Shown piece after piece: positions 26,501 to 35,686 of a DNA stretch of 64,000 nucleotides. The stretch comes from Rhodospirillales bacterium (GTDB lineage: Bacteria; Pseudomonadota; Alphaproteobacteria; Rhodospirillales; JASLLZ01). The notes beneath the pieces were generated by a model. That model was not told the origin of the DNA, did no database searches, and worked only from the letters and a program-made list of their open reading frames with translations. A program made the position numbers and the translations under genes. The DNA is taken from contig JASLZL010000106.1 in assembly GCA_030754885.1 (NCBI GenBank), positions 1,012 to 65,011 of the forward strand, written 5' to 3'. Positions within the stretch are counted from its first letter, which is position 1. The number at the start of each line of letters is the position of its first letter.

Positions 26501-27238
26501 ATGTTCGATCTCAGCGGTAAGTCGGCCCTCGTAACCGGCGCATCGGGTGGTATCGGTGGCGCCGCGGCAAGGGCTCTCAAAGCTCGGGGTGCGGCTGTGG
26601 CACTTTCCGACGTTCGGCCCGAGGGGCTCGAACAGCTCGCCCAGGAGTTGGGCGACGGGGCCCACGCGATCCCCTGCGATCTAGGCGATGGCGCCGCGAT
26701 TGAGGCCCTGGCCAAGGACGCCGAGGCTGCCCTCGGCGGAATCGATATTCTGATCAACAATGCCGGGTTGACGCGCGATAATCTGATGCTGCGCATGAAG
26801 GACGAGGAATGGCAACAGATCCTCGACATCAATCTTACGGCTGCCTTCCGCCTCACCCGAGCCTGCCTGCGCCCCATGATGAAGCGGCGCTGGGGTCGGG
26901 TTATCGGCTTGGCCTCGGTCGTCGGAGTCACCGGCAACGCGGGGCAAGCCAATTACGGTGCCTCCAAGGCGGCGCTAATAGGCATGACCAAGTCCCTTGC
27001 CCGCGAGGTTGCGTCGCGGAACATTACCGCCAACTGTGTCGCCCCGGGTTTCATCGCCACGCCCATGACCGACGGCCTCAACGATGACGTCAAGGCGCGC
27101 CTGCTCGCGGATATTCCGGGTGGGCGTCTCGGCACGGCGCAAGAAATCGCCGCCAGCATCGTCTTCCTGGCCAGCGACGAGGCGGCCTATATCACCGGTC
27201 AGACCCTTCACGTAAACGGTGGCATGGCCATGATTTAG
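26501..27238 (+). CDS. fabG: 3-oxoacyl-ACP reductase
   Basis: ATG at 26501 after GGAGG (MFDLSGKSALVTGASGGIGGA). YGASKAAL (YxxxK). Ends ...GQTLHVNGGMAMI. Confidence 0.95.
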   Translation: MFDLSGKSALVTGASGGIGGAAARALKARGAAVALSDVRPEGLEQLAQELGDGAHAIPCDLGDGAAIEALAKDAEAALGGIDILINNAGLTRDNLMLRMKDEEWQQILDINLTAAFRLTRACLRPMMKRRWGRVIGLASVVGVTGNAGQANYGASKAALIGMTKSLAREVASRNITANCVAPGFIATPMTDGLNDDVKARLLADIPGGRLGTAQEIAASIVFLASDEAAYITGQTLHVNGGMAMI

Positions 27239-27408
27239 GGGTTTAGCCTAGCGTTTTATCAATACTTAGATAGGCTGCTAGGCAAGGTCGAAAAAGTGTG
27301 TTACGAAGCGAGTCCTTTGGCGACGTTGCCAGGGGTTGGGGGGGGGCGCGGAAGCGTAATCCCCGGTGTATTGAATTCCATAGGGTAATTGGCCAAGGAA
27401 ATAGACTA

Positions 27409-27645
27409 ATGAGTGATGTCGCCGAGCGCGTAAAAAAAATTGTCGTCGAGCATCTCGGCGTGGAAGAGGCGAAGGTTGTGGAAACCGCTAGCTTCATCGA
27501 CGACCTGGGGGCCGACAGCTTGGATACGGTGGAGCTGGTCATGGCTTTTGAAGAGGAATTTGGCTGCGAAATTCCCGACGACGCGGCCGAGAAGATCTTG
27601 ACCATCAAGGACGCCATCACCTTCATCGATTCCCAAAATTCCTAG
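27409..27645 (+). CDS. acpP: Acyl carrier protein
   Basis: 78 aa. [18 protein letters not shown]...[20 protein letters not shown] (phosphopantetheine Ser in DSLD). Confidence 0.95.
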   Translation: MSDVAERVKKIVVEHLGVEEAKVVETASFIDDLGADSLDTVELVMAFEEEFGCEIPDDAAEKILTIKDAITFIDSQNS

Positions 27646-27676
27646 GACTCCCGTCAACAAGCGGCGGAGCGCCCCG

Positions 27677-27702
27677 CCGGCCTGGTAATTAGGCCGGTTT
27701 CT
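27677..27702 (+). terminator. Weak hairpin plus T-run downstream of acpP (possible attenuating terminator before fabF)
   Basis: ccggcc-tggtaatta-ggccgg followed by tttct. Only a 6-bp stem. Confidence 0.3.
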
Positions 27703-27728
27703 CCGCCCACAGTGAATCACGGGATACA

Positions 27729-28991
27729 ATGAGACGTGTGGTCGTTACCGGTATTGGCCTCCTCACGCCACTCGGTTGTGGGGTAAAGAGCAACCACGAG
27801 AGGTTGTTCAACGGCGAGTCTGGAATCGGCGCCATCCAGTCCTTTGACGTTTCCGACTTGCCGTCCAAGATCGCCGGCATGGTGCCGCTGGGCGCCGGTG
27901 ACGACGGCCTGTTCGATGTCGACGCCTGGGTTTCCCCCCGGGACCAGCGGCGCATGGATACCTTTATAATCTACGGCCTGGCGGCCGCAATTCAGGCGGT
28001 AGAGGATTCGGGCTGGAAACCGGACGACGAGGAATCCCTCGAAAGGACGGGAGTGCTAGTCGGCTCGGGTATCGGCGGCCTGCCCGAAATCGCTTCCGGT
28101 GCGTTGAAGGTAGAAGGCGGGAAGGTACGCCGCCTGAGCCCTTTCTTCATCCCGGCCAGCCTCATCAATCTGGTCTCGGGGCACGTTTCCATCCGCTATG
28201 GCTTCAAGGGTCCCAATCTTTCGGTGGTGACGGCATGTTCGACCGGGTCCCATGCCATCGGCGACGCGGCGCGCCTAATTATGTGGGAGGATGCCGACGT
28301 GATGGTCGCCGGCGGTGCCGAGGCGGCGGTCTGTCGTACCGGGGTTGCAGGATTTTCGCAGGCGCGGGCGTTATCGACCCATTTCAACGATACCCCGGAG
28401 AAGGCGTCCCGTCCGTGGGACCGCGACCGCGACGGTTTCGTTATCGGTGAGGGCGCCGGGGTTGTGGTGCTGGAGGAGCGCGAGCACGCCCGCAAGCGAG
28501 GCGCCAAGATCTACGCCGAAGTAGTGGGGTACGGAATGTCGGGTGATGCCCATCATATTACCGCCCCGGCGGAGGATGGCGGTGGCGCATATAGGTGCAT
28601 GCGCGCCGCACTCAACCGGGCAAAAATGAACCCCGAGGACATTGACTATATCAACGCCCACGGCACCTCGACCCCGCTCGGCGATGAAATCGAGCTGGCA
28701 ACGGTGAAGCGTCTGTTTGGGGCGGAATCCTCCAATCTCAGTATGTCATCGACCAAATCGGCAATTGGCCATCTCCTTGGTGCTTCGGGCGCTGTTGAGG
28801 CTATTTACGGCATCCTCGCCATTAACAATGGAATTGTGCCGCCTACACTCAACCTGGATAATCCGTCGGCCGACCACGGCATTGATCTGGTGGCGCACAC
28901 CGCCCGCGAGCGCAAGGTGGAAACGGTGCTTTCTAACTCGTTTGGCTTCGGCGGCACCAATGCCACGTTGATCCTCAAGGCGGCGGCCTGA
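27729..28991 (+). CDS. fabF: 3-oxoacyl-ACP synthase II
   Basis: 420 aa. Active-site Cys in VVTACSTGSHAIGDA. HGTSTPLGD. SNSFGFGGTNATLIL. Confidence 0.95.
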   Translation: MRRVVVTGIGLLTPLGCGVKSNHERLFNGESGIGAIQSFDVSDLPSKIAGMVPLGAGDDGLFDVDAWVSPRDQRRMDTFIIYGLAAAIQAVEDSGWKPDDEESLERTGVLVGSGIGGLPEIASGALKVEGGKVRRLSPFFIPASLINLVSGHVSIRYGFKGPNLSVVTACSTGSHAIGDAARLIMWEDADVMVAGGAEAAVCRTGVAGFSQARALSTHFNDTPEKASRPWDRDRDGFVIGEGAGVVVLEEREHARKRGAKIYAEVVGYGMSGDAHHITAPAEDGGGAYRCMRAALNRAKMNPEDIDYINAHGTSTPLGDEIELATVKRLFGAESSNLSMSSTKSAIGHLLGASGAVEAIYGILAINNGIVPPTLNLDNPSADHGIDLVAHTARERKVETVLSNSFGFGGTNATLILKAAA

Positions 28992-29000
28992 ACGGTCCCC

Positions 29001-29993
29001 ATGGCGCGTCTGGCGCTCCGCATCGTCTATTGTCTTCTCGCCCTCGCTGTTCTTTGCGGCGGGATCCTCACTTGGGGTGTCGCGGAATACGCCCGTCCCG
29101 GTCCGCTGGGTGCCGCGACAACCGTAGTCGTCCCGCGCGGAACGGGCTTAGAGGCCATCGCTTTGGAATTAACGCGGGCCGGCGTTCTTTCCGATCCCCT
29201 GGTCTTTCGGTTGGGGGCACGGATCACCGGCGCCGATAAGCGGTTGCGGGCCGGCGAATACGCTTTTCAGGCCAACATCAGCCCGCGCCAGACGGTGGCG
29301 CTGCTTGAAAGCGGCAAGACCGTGGTCCGCCGTTTAACCGTGGTGGAGGGTTTGACGACAGCCGAAATCATCGCCCAGTTGAGAGCCACAGACGGATTGG
29401 AAGGAAATCTTGGTCTCCTCCCGACGGAAGGGGCGTTGCTGCCAGAGACCTACCACTTTTCCTTTGGCGATACGCGCCAGGCCATCGTTGGGCGTATGGC
29501 CGAGGCGATGCGCATAGCCCTTAGTGATGCGTGGGCGGCGCGTAATCGGGAACTCCCGCTGGAAACACCTGAGAGCGCGCTCATCCTCGCTTCGATCATT
29601 GAAAAGGAAACGGCGGTACCTCAAGAGCGTGCCCGCATCGCCGGCGTCTTCATCAATCGATTGCGAAAGGGGATGAAGCTACAGTCCGACCCGACAGTCG
29701 TCTATGGGCTGACCGGGGGCAAAGGACCCCTGGGTCGACCACTGACCCGTGCCGATCTCAGAGCGCCGTCACCCTATAATACCTATTTGATCGCCGGTCT
29801 GCCGCCGTCTCCCATCAGCAACCCAGGCCTGGCCTCCATTGCCGCCGCGCTCGACCCGGCTCGCACAGATGAGCTCTACTTCGTTGCCGATGGTTCGGGC
29901 GGTCACGTTTTTGCCCGCACCCTAAGCGAGCACAACCGCAACGTCGCCCGCTGGCGCAAGTGGCGGTCGGAGCAACGCCAAGGCAATAAATAG
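29001..29993 (+). CDS. mltG: Endolytic murein transglycosylase MltG (YceG family)
   Basis: 330 aa. N-terminal TM anchor. EGALLPETYHF and ASIIEKET motifs. Conserved position after fabF. Confidence 0.9.
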   Translation: MARLALRIVYCLLALAVLCGGILTWGVAEYARPGPLGAATTVVVPRGTGLEAIALELTRAGVLSDPLVFRLGARITGADKRLRAGEYAFQANISPRQTVALLESGKTVVRRLTVVEGLTTAEIIAQLRATDGLEGNLGLLPTEGALLPETYHFSFGDTRQAIVGRMAEAMRIALSDAWAARNRELPLETPESALILASIIEKETAVPQERARIAGVFINRLRKGMKLQSDPTVVYGLTGGKGPLGRPLTRADLRAPSPYNTYLIAGLPPSPISNPGLASIAAALDPARTDELYFVADGSGGHVFARTLSEHNRNVARWRKWRSEQRQGNK

Positions 29994-30017
29994 ACACGGC
30001 TTCTTGGTATTGACCGT

Positions 30018-30791
30018 TCATTCCTTGCGCGGTGCCCGGACCAGCAGGGGGTCCGTCCACGCCGGGGGCAAGGCACCGAATAACCAAGCCAGGAAGACCA
30101 TCGGCCAGGGAAAAGCAATGCGCGCCTGGTTGCGTGCCAGGCCGCGTTTGACGATTGCAGCGGCGCGCTCTGCAGGCATGATGAGAGGCATGGGAAATTT
30201 GTTGATCGCCGTCATGCGGCTATCGAAAAATCCCGGACAGATCACCGAGACCCGGACACCGTCTTCGGCCAGCCGGCCACGCAGTCCCTCGCCGTAGCTC
30301 TTCACTGCGGCCTTGCTGGCGGCATAGGCCGGTGAGCCGGGCAGGCCGCGAAATGCTGCCACCGAGCTGACGAGCGCGATCTGGCCGTTCCGGCGCGTCT
30401 GCATGCGGGCGACGATGGGATGGACCGTGTTCAAAACGCCCGTCACGTTGACGGTAAAAATGGTTCGCGCCTGGGCTTCTGGATCATCGGTTCCCCCGGT
30501 GCCCGCCGAGATGCCCGCATTGGCGATGACCAGATCGAGGGGCCGGGCGTCATCAGCGGCCTTGATCCACCGGCCCATGGCGCTGGTTTCGGCCACATCA
30601 AGGACGATGGCGGTCGCCTCGGCGCCCAGGGCATGGCAGGCCTTGGCCGCCGCTTCCAGGCGCGGGGCGTCGCGGCCAGAGAGTGCCAAGGTAACGCCGG
30701 GACCGGCATAAGCTTTGGCCAGGGCCTCACCCAGCCCGCTTGAGGCGCCGGTGATGAGGATGGAACGGGGCGGATCGTATCGTCGGGCCAT
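30018..30791 (-). CDS. SDR family oxidoreductase
   Basis: 257 aa. ILITGASSGLGEALA, YAASKAAV (YxxxK). Hydrophobic C-terminal segment. Confidence 0.8.
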   Translation of the reverse strand: MARRYDPPRSILITGASSGLGEALAKAYAGPGVTLALSGRDAPRLEAAAKACHALGAEATAIVLDVAETSAMGRWIKAADDARPLDLVIANAGISAGTGGTDDPEAQARTIFTVNVTGVLNTVHPIVARMQTRRNGQIALVSSVAAFRGLPGSPAYAASKAAVKSYGEGLRGRLAEDGVRVSVICPGFFDSRMTAINKFPMPLIMPAERAAAIVKRGLARNQARIAFPWPMVFLAWLFGALPPAWTDPLLVRAPRKE

Positions 30792-30899
30792 GGGCCCTCT
30801 TATACGCCGCGCCGGCCGTATCTGGAAACAGTCGCGCTTGTTGCAGTGCTCTGCCGGCGATATAAGTGTTCGGTCCGATCCCGACGCCTAGAGGTTAAC

Positions 30900-31790
30900 G
30901 TGCCCATCTCTTCAATGACCGGTTTTGCCCGCTTCCAGGGTCGCGAATCCGAAGCTTCGTGGACCTGGGAGGTCAAGAGCGTCAACGGTCGCGGGTTGGA
31001 TATTCGCTGCCGGGTGCCACAGGGGCTGGAGAGCTTGGACGTGGCAGTCCGAGATCGAGTGGCCAAGCGCCTGCGGCGCGGCAACCTTCAAATCGGCCTT
31101 ACCGTGACTCGTGAGCGGGTGCAAGGCGGCTATCGCGTCAACCGCGAGGTCCTCGACCACCTGCTTTCGCTTGTGCCCGAGGTGAGCCAGCGCCTGCCCG
31201 ACGTGGCACCGCCGCGCGTCGACGGACTCTTGGCCCTGCGCGGCGTCATAGAACAGGTGGAAGCCGAAGAAGACGAAGACATGAGCCGCGCCTTTGAAAC
31301 AGCCATACTGGCCGGATTCGACGCGGCGCTGGCCGAACTGGCCGCCGTGCGCGACGCCGAGGGGGGGCGCTTGGCGGTGGTGCTTGCGGATCAATTGACC
31401 GCGATCGACGGCTTGTGCGAAAAGGCCGCCGCCTTGGCCGCCACACAACCCGATGCCATCCGCGATCGGATGCGCGAACAGGTAGCGGCGCTTCTTGATG
31501 CGGCGCCGGAACTACCCGAAGAGCGATTGGTCCAGGAAGCGGCCTTGTTGGCGGCCAAGGCCGACGTGCGCGAGGAATTGGATCGGCTGTGGGCTCATAT
31601 GGCGGCGGCGCGTGATCTGATGACCCAGGATGGCGCCATTGGCCGCAAGCTCGATTTTCTGTGCCAGGAGTTGAACCGCGAGGTCAACACGCTGTGCTCC
31701 AAATCGTCCGACATGGAGCTGACGAACATCGGCCTCGACCTCAAGACAGCCGTCGAACAAATGCGCGAGCAGGTCCAAAACATTGAGTAA
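30900..31790 (+). CDS. yicC: YicC/YloC family stress-induced protein (endoribonuclease family)
   Basis: GTG at 30900 after AGAGG (VPISSMTGFARF...); an alternative ATG is at 30915. WEVKSVNGRGLDIR. LCQELNREVNTLCSKS. Confidence 0.85.
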   Translation: MPISSMTGFARFQGRESEASWTWEVKSVNGRGLDIRCRVPQGLESLDVAVRDRVAKRLRRGNLQIGLTVTRERVQGGYRVNREVLDHLLSLVPEVSQRLPDVAPPRVDGLLALRGVIEQVEAEEDEDMSRAFETAILAGFDAALAELAAVRDAEGGRLAVVLADQLTAIDGLCEKAAALAATQPDAIRDRMREQVAALLDAAPELPEERLVQEAALLAAKADVREELDRLWAHMAAARDLMTQDGAIGRKLDFLCQELNREVNTLCSKSSDMELTNIGLDLKTAVEQMREQVQNIE

Positions 31791-32451
31791 CGGTGCAGGC
31801 AAAGGGTCACATGTTTCACCGTCCACGATCTCGCGGCGTGGGCTTATGCTGGTCCTGTCCTCGCCTTCGGGAGCGGGCAAGACGACCGTCGCCCGCCGTC
31901 TACTGGATGGCGACGATAATCTCATCATGTCGGTTTCGGTGACCACCCGGCCCGCTAGGAGTGAAGAGAAAGAAGGACGGGACTACAGTTTCACCGATGA
32001 AGAGACCTTCCACCAAATGGTAGCCGAGGGCGCGCTTCTCGAACATGCCCGCGTCTTCGACCACTACTACGGGACGCCCCGGGGGCCCGTTGGAGAGGCG
32101 CTTTCCGCAGGGCGCGACGTGCTCTTTGACATCGATTGGCAGGGCACACAGCAGGTGATGGAGAATGCGCCCGAGGACTTGGTTACGGTCTTTATTCTGC
32201 CGCCGAGCACGGTCGAGTTGGAAAAGCGGCTCAAGGGCCGTGCGCAAGATAGCGACGAGGTGGTCCGAAGACGTATGTCCAAGGCGGCGGACGAGATGAG
32301 CCATTACACCGACTACAATTATATCATCGTCAACCGCGAGATCGACGAGAGCGTTGCTTCGGTGCAGGCGATCCTCGTTGCCGAGCGGCGGCGCCGCGAG
32401 CGTTTGGTCGGCCTTCACGATTTCGTCGAGCGTATGCGCGAGGGGCGCTAA
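31783..32451 (+). CDS. gmk: Guanylate kinase
   Basis: P-loop LSSPSGAGKTT, DIDWQG. The start is uncertain: TTG at 31783 overlaps the yicC stop, and an internal ATG gives MLVLSSPSGAGK. Confidence 0.88.
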   Translation: MSNGAGKGSHVSPSTISRRGLMLVLSSPSGAGKTTVARRLLDGDDNLIMSVSVTTRPARSEEKEGRDYSFTDEETFHQMVAEGALLEHARVFDHYYGTPRGPVGEALSAGRDVLFDIDWQGTQQVMENAPEDLVTVFILPPSTVELEKRLKGRAQDSDEVVRRRMSKAADEMSHYTDYNYIIVNREIDESVASVQAILVAERRRRERLVGLHDFVERMREGR

Positions 32452-33284
32452 CCAGCCACGGCGAGCGCCCGGGCCAGGACGCAGAATTCCTCAACGCTTA
32501 GTTCCTCGGCGCGTGCCGTCGGATCCAAACCCAGCATTTGCGGGTCGAGATCCAGTGATTTCAGGCTTGAACGCAGCATCTTGCGTCTTTGGCCAAAGGC
32601 GGCGGCGGTCACCCGTTCCAGATCCGCCATATTCGCCGCGGCCAGGGGTTGGCGCCTGGGAGTCAGGGTTACCACGCTCGAGGCCACCTTGGGTGGCGGC
32701 GTGAAGGCGCGCCGGTCGACGTTGAATTCCCGGCGCACTTCGCACAGCCACTGGACCATGACCGATAGCCGGCCATAGTCTTTGCTTCCGGGCCGGCCGA
32801 GGAGACGATCGGCAACCTCCTTTTGAAACATCAAGGTCAAGCCCGCGTAGTCCGCCGCCCGGCCAAGCCAGGACAACAGCAGTGGCACACCGATATTGTA
32901 TGGCAAGTTGGCGATGATGCGCCTGGGCGGTGCTGCCAGGTCCACTGGATCGATGGTCTTGGCATCGCCCTCCACGATCCTCAGACGCCCGGGATATATA
33001 GCCGCCAGTTCGGCCAGCGCGGCGATGCATCGCGGGTCCCGTTCAATTGCCACCACCTGAGCGGCGCCGGCGTCCAAGAGGGCGCGGGTCAGTCCGCCAG
33101 GCCCCGGCCCCACTTCGATGACATTGGTTGTTGCGAGATCGCCGGCGGCACGGGCGATGCGGGCCGTCAGGTTGAGGTCGAGGAGGAAATGTTGGCCCAG
33201 CTTGCGCCGCGCCGTCAGGCCGTGCCGTGCAATCACCTGGCGCAGCGGCGGCAGGTCCGATGCCGATCCTTGCTCGCTAGGCAC
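32448..33284 (-). CDS. rsmA: 16S rRNA (adenine1518/1519-N6)-dimethyltransferase
   Basis: 278 aa. LGQHFLLD, VIEVGPGPGGLT, ANLPYNI. Confidence 0.9.
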   Translation of the reverse strand: MPSEQGSASDLPPLRQVIARHGLTARRKLGQHFLLDLNLTARIARAAGDLATTNVIEVGPGPGGLTRALLDAGAAQVVAIERDPRCIAALAELAAIYPGRLRIVEGDAKTIDPVDLAAPPRRIIANLPYNIGVPLLLSWLGRAADYAGLTLMFQKEVADRLLGRPGSKDYGRLSVMVQWLCEVRREFNVDRRAFTPPPKVASSVVTLTPRRQPLAAANMADLERVTAAAFGQRRKMLRSSLKSLDLDPQMLGLDPTARAEELSVEEFCVLARALAVAG

Positions 33285-33294
33285 TCAGCCCTCT

Positions 33295-34329
33295 TCAGCC
33301 GGCCGCTTCGGCGCGTCGCTGAGCCATGTCCGCCGCCATCCTCAAGGCGGCGACGAGACTTGCCTCGTTGGCTTTCCCAGTGCCCGCGATGTCGAGAGCC
33401 GTGCCATGGTCGGGTGACGTGCGCACGAAAGGCAATCCCAGGGTGACGTTGACGGCGCCATCGAAGTCGAGGGTCTTGATGGGGATCAACGCTTGATCGT
33501 GGTACATGCAAAGGACCACGTCGTAGCCCTTGCGGGCGGCGGCATGAAAAAGGGTGTCGGGGGGTAGCGGGCCACGAGCCTCGATTCCCGCCTGGCGCAC
33601 CCTTTCGACCGCCGGCGCGATGATGTCGGCTTCTTCAATGCCCATGGCGCCGCCCTCGCCGGCGTGAGGGTTTAGCCCGGCAATCGCCAGGCGGGGCCGG
33701 GCAATGGCGAAGTCGCGGCGCAGTGCCGCCGCGGTTATCTGGGCTGTCTGGACAATGATATCCGCGTTAAGGTTGGCGATCGCCTGACTTAGGCTTACAT
33801 GGACGGTCACCGGCACGACGCGGAGCAGGGGACTGACCAGCATCATCACCGGCAAGGTGTTGGCCTCTGCCAGATGGGCCAGGAATTCCGTGTGGCCGGG
33901 AAAGCCGAACCCGGCCTGATATAGATATGCCTTGTGGATGGGATTGGTGACGACCGCGCTGGCACGACCGGCGTCAACCAGGGCGACGGCTGTTTCGATG
34001 GCGGCGATGACGGCGGGGCCGTTGGCGGGGTCGGGTTTGCCCGGAACCGGATTGGTAGCCAGAGAATGTGCCAAGACGGGCAAAGCGGTGGGAAAAACCG
34101 CCGCTGCCTGTTCAGGGCCATCGATTGTGACCAAGGGAACAGCAAGTCCGGTGCTTTCGCCAAGTCGCTCAAGCCGTGCCGGATCGTCGATGGCGAAAAA
34201 GACGGGTCCGCTGTCGGTGCGTCGGTGCCAGGCTTTGAGAGTGATCTCGCCACCGATGCCGGCCGGCTCGCCCGGGGTCAAGGCAATGGGGAGCTGTTCG
34301 AAGTCTGTCGTCGCGGTGGCAGAGGTCAT
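33295..34329 (-). CDS. pdxA: 4-hydroxythreonine-4-phosphate dehydrogenase
   Basis: 344 aa. PGHTEFLA, VRTSPDHGTALDIAG. The ATG overlaps the surA stop. Confidence 0.9.
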   Translation of the reverse strand: MTSATATTDFEQLPIALTPGEPAGIGGEITLKAWHRRTDSGPVFFAIDDPARLERLGESTGLAVPLVTIDGPEQAAAVFPTALPVLAHSLATNPVPGKPDPANGPAVIAAIETAVALVDAGRASAVVTNPIHKAYLYQAGFGFPGHTEFLAHLAEANTLPVMMLVSPLLRVVPVTVHVSLSQAIANLNADIIVQTAQITAAALRRDFAIARPRLAIAGLNPHAGEGGAMGIEEADIIAPAVERVRQAGIEARGPLPPDTLFHAAARKGYDVVLCMYHDQALIPIKTLDFDGAVNVTLGLPFVRTSPDHGTALDIAGTGKANEASLVAALRMAADMAQRRAEAAG

Positions 34330-35582
34330 TTTCGGATATCCACGAAGGCATCGCGCCTGAGATCACGGAGATACTGACGGGCCGCCAGTGCCATGCGTTG
34401 GTTCGTCAGCATTCTGCGGACGCTTGTGCGGTCCGCGGTCGGGGCCTTGTCTCCCTCGCGCCCGCAGACCATGAGAACTAAAATGCCGCCGCTGATCGGT
34501 TGCGGAGCACTGGCCTTGCCGATCTCCAATTCGCTGACAACGTCACGCAGTTGTGCCGGCATGCTGCTCAAGCGGACGTTCCCGAGATCACCGGAGAGCG
34601 GGGCCCCCAATTCCTTGGCCAACCTGTCAATCTCTTGGCATGAGGTTGCCGATTCAGCCATCGTTCCGGCCAGCTTCGTCTGTCCCGCCCGTTCTGCGGC
34701 GTCCGCGTTCGAGGGGATGGGCACGAACAGTTGGCGCAGTGCCACGGTTATGTTTTTCTGCGCCATAGTGGCGGCCGTCCGCCTGTCACGCAGATAGAAA
34801 ATCTGATAGCCGCCGATCATGGGTACCGGCGGACTAACTTGTCCCGGCCGCAGTTTGGCCAAAGCGGTATCCAGGGACGGGCTCAGTTGTCCGGGACGCA
34901 GCCACCCCAAATCGCCGCCGACGGCGGCAGTGGCACTCTGCGAGAAATTGCGCGCCAAGGCCTCGAAGCGGGCGCCTGATTTGAGTTGCTGGATTAGACG
35001 TTGGGCGAGGGTGCGAACGTTCGCTTCGGTCTTGCTATCGAAAGTGAGAACGATCTCTGAGACTAAGTGTTCGGGTTTGTCGCGGTTGGCCTCGATCTCG
35101 GCCAAGACTTCTTCAATCTCGTCTTCGCCGATCTTGATGGCTGCACCTTTCTGGCGCCTTACGACCTTGGCCCAGGCGATCTCGGCTTCGATCTGTTCAA
35201 CCATCACTGATCTGTCGATGCCAATGTTCGACAGGAAGTCCTTCAATCCTCCCTTGGGCATTTTGTTCTGTTTCTCAATTGACGCCAACGCCCTTTCGAT
35301 GTCTCGTTCGGTGATTTTTATGCCGACTTTCTTTGCCTCTTGGAGCTTGAGCTGGTCGTCGATCATGCCGCGTAGGACCTGTTGGGCCATTCGCTCGCGG
35401 ATCTCGGGACGGTCTTCCAGTCGCGAGGTGGCCAAAACCAATGATAGGCGGGACTTTAAGTCGTAGACGGAGATAATCTCGTCGTTGACCACGGCCGCGA
35501 TGCCCAACACGTTCTGTGCCCGTGCCGGAGCAACTGCCAAGATCAGCGCCAAAATGGCGATATGTGCCCAGCTTGGTCTCAT
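34326..35582 (-). CDS. surA: Periplasmic chaperone/peptidyl-prolyl isomerase SurA
   Basis: ATG at 35582 gives signal peptide MRPSWAHIAILALILAVAPARA. SurA N-domain plus parvulin-like domain (GGDLGWLRPGQL). Confidence 0.85.
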   Translation of the reverse strand: MRPSWAHIAILALILAVAPARAQNVLGIAAVVNDEIISVYDLKSRLSLVLATSRLEDRPEIRERMAQQVLRGMIDDQLKLQEAKKVGIKITERDIERALASIEKQNKMPKGGLKDFLSNIGIDRSVMVEQIEAEIAWAKVVRRQKGAAIKIGEDEIEEVLAEIEANRDKPEHLVSEIVLTFDSKTEANVRTLAQRLIQQLKSGARFEALARNFSQSATAAVGGDLGWLRPGQLSPSLDTALAKLRPGQVSPPVPMIGGYQIFYLRDRRTAATMAQKNITVALRQLFVPIPSNADAAERAGQTKLAGTMAESATSCQEIDRLAKELGAPLSGDLGNVRLSSMPAQLRDVVSELEIGKASAPQPISGGILVLMVCGREGDKAPTADRTSVRRMLTNQRMALAARQYLRDLRRDAFVDIRK

Positions 35583-35686
35583 TATTGTCCTGCCTGCTGA
35601 CCGCGAGAGCGAATGTGGGCCGCGGTTCTTCATCTATTTTACGTTCACATGGGGTTGTCCGGCAATTCACCCGTCTCTGAAACACC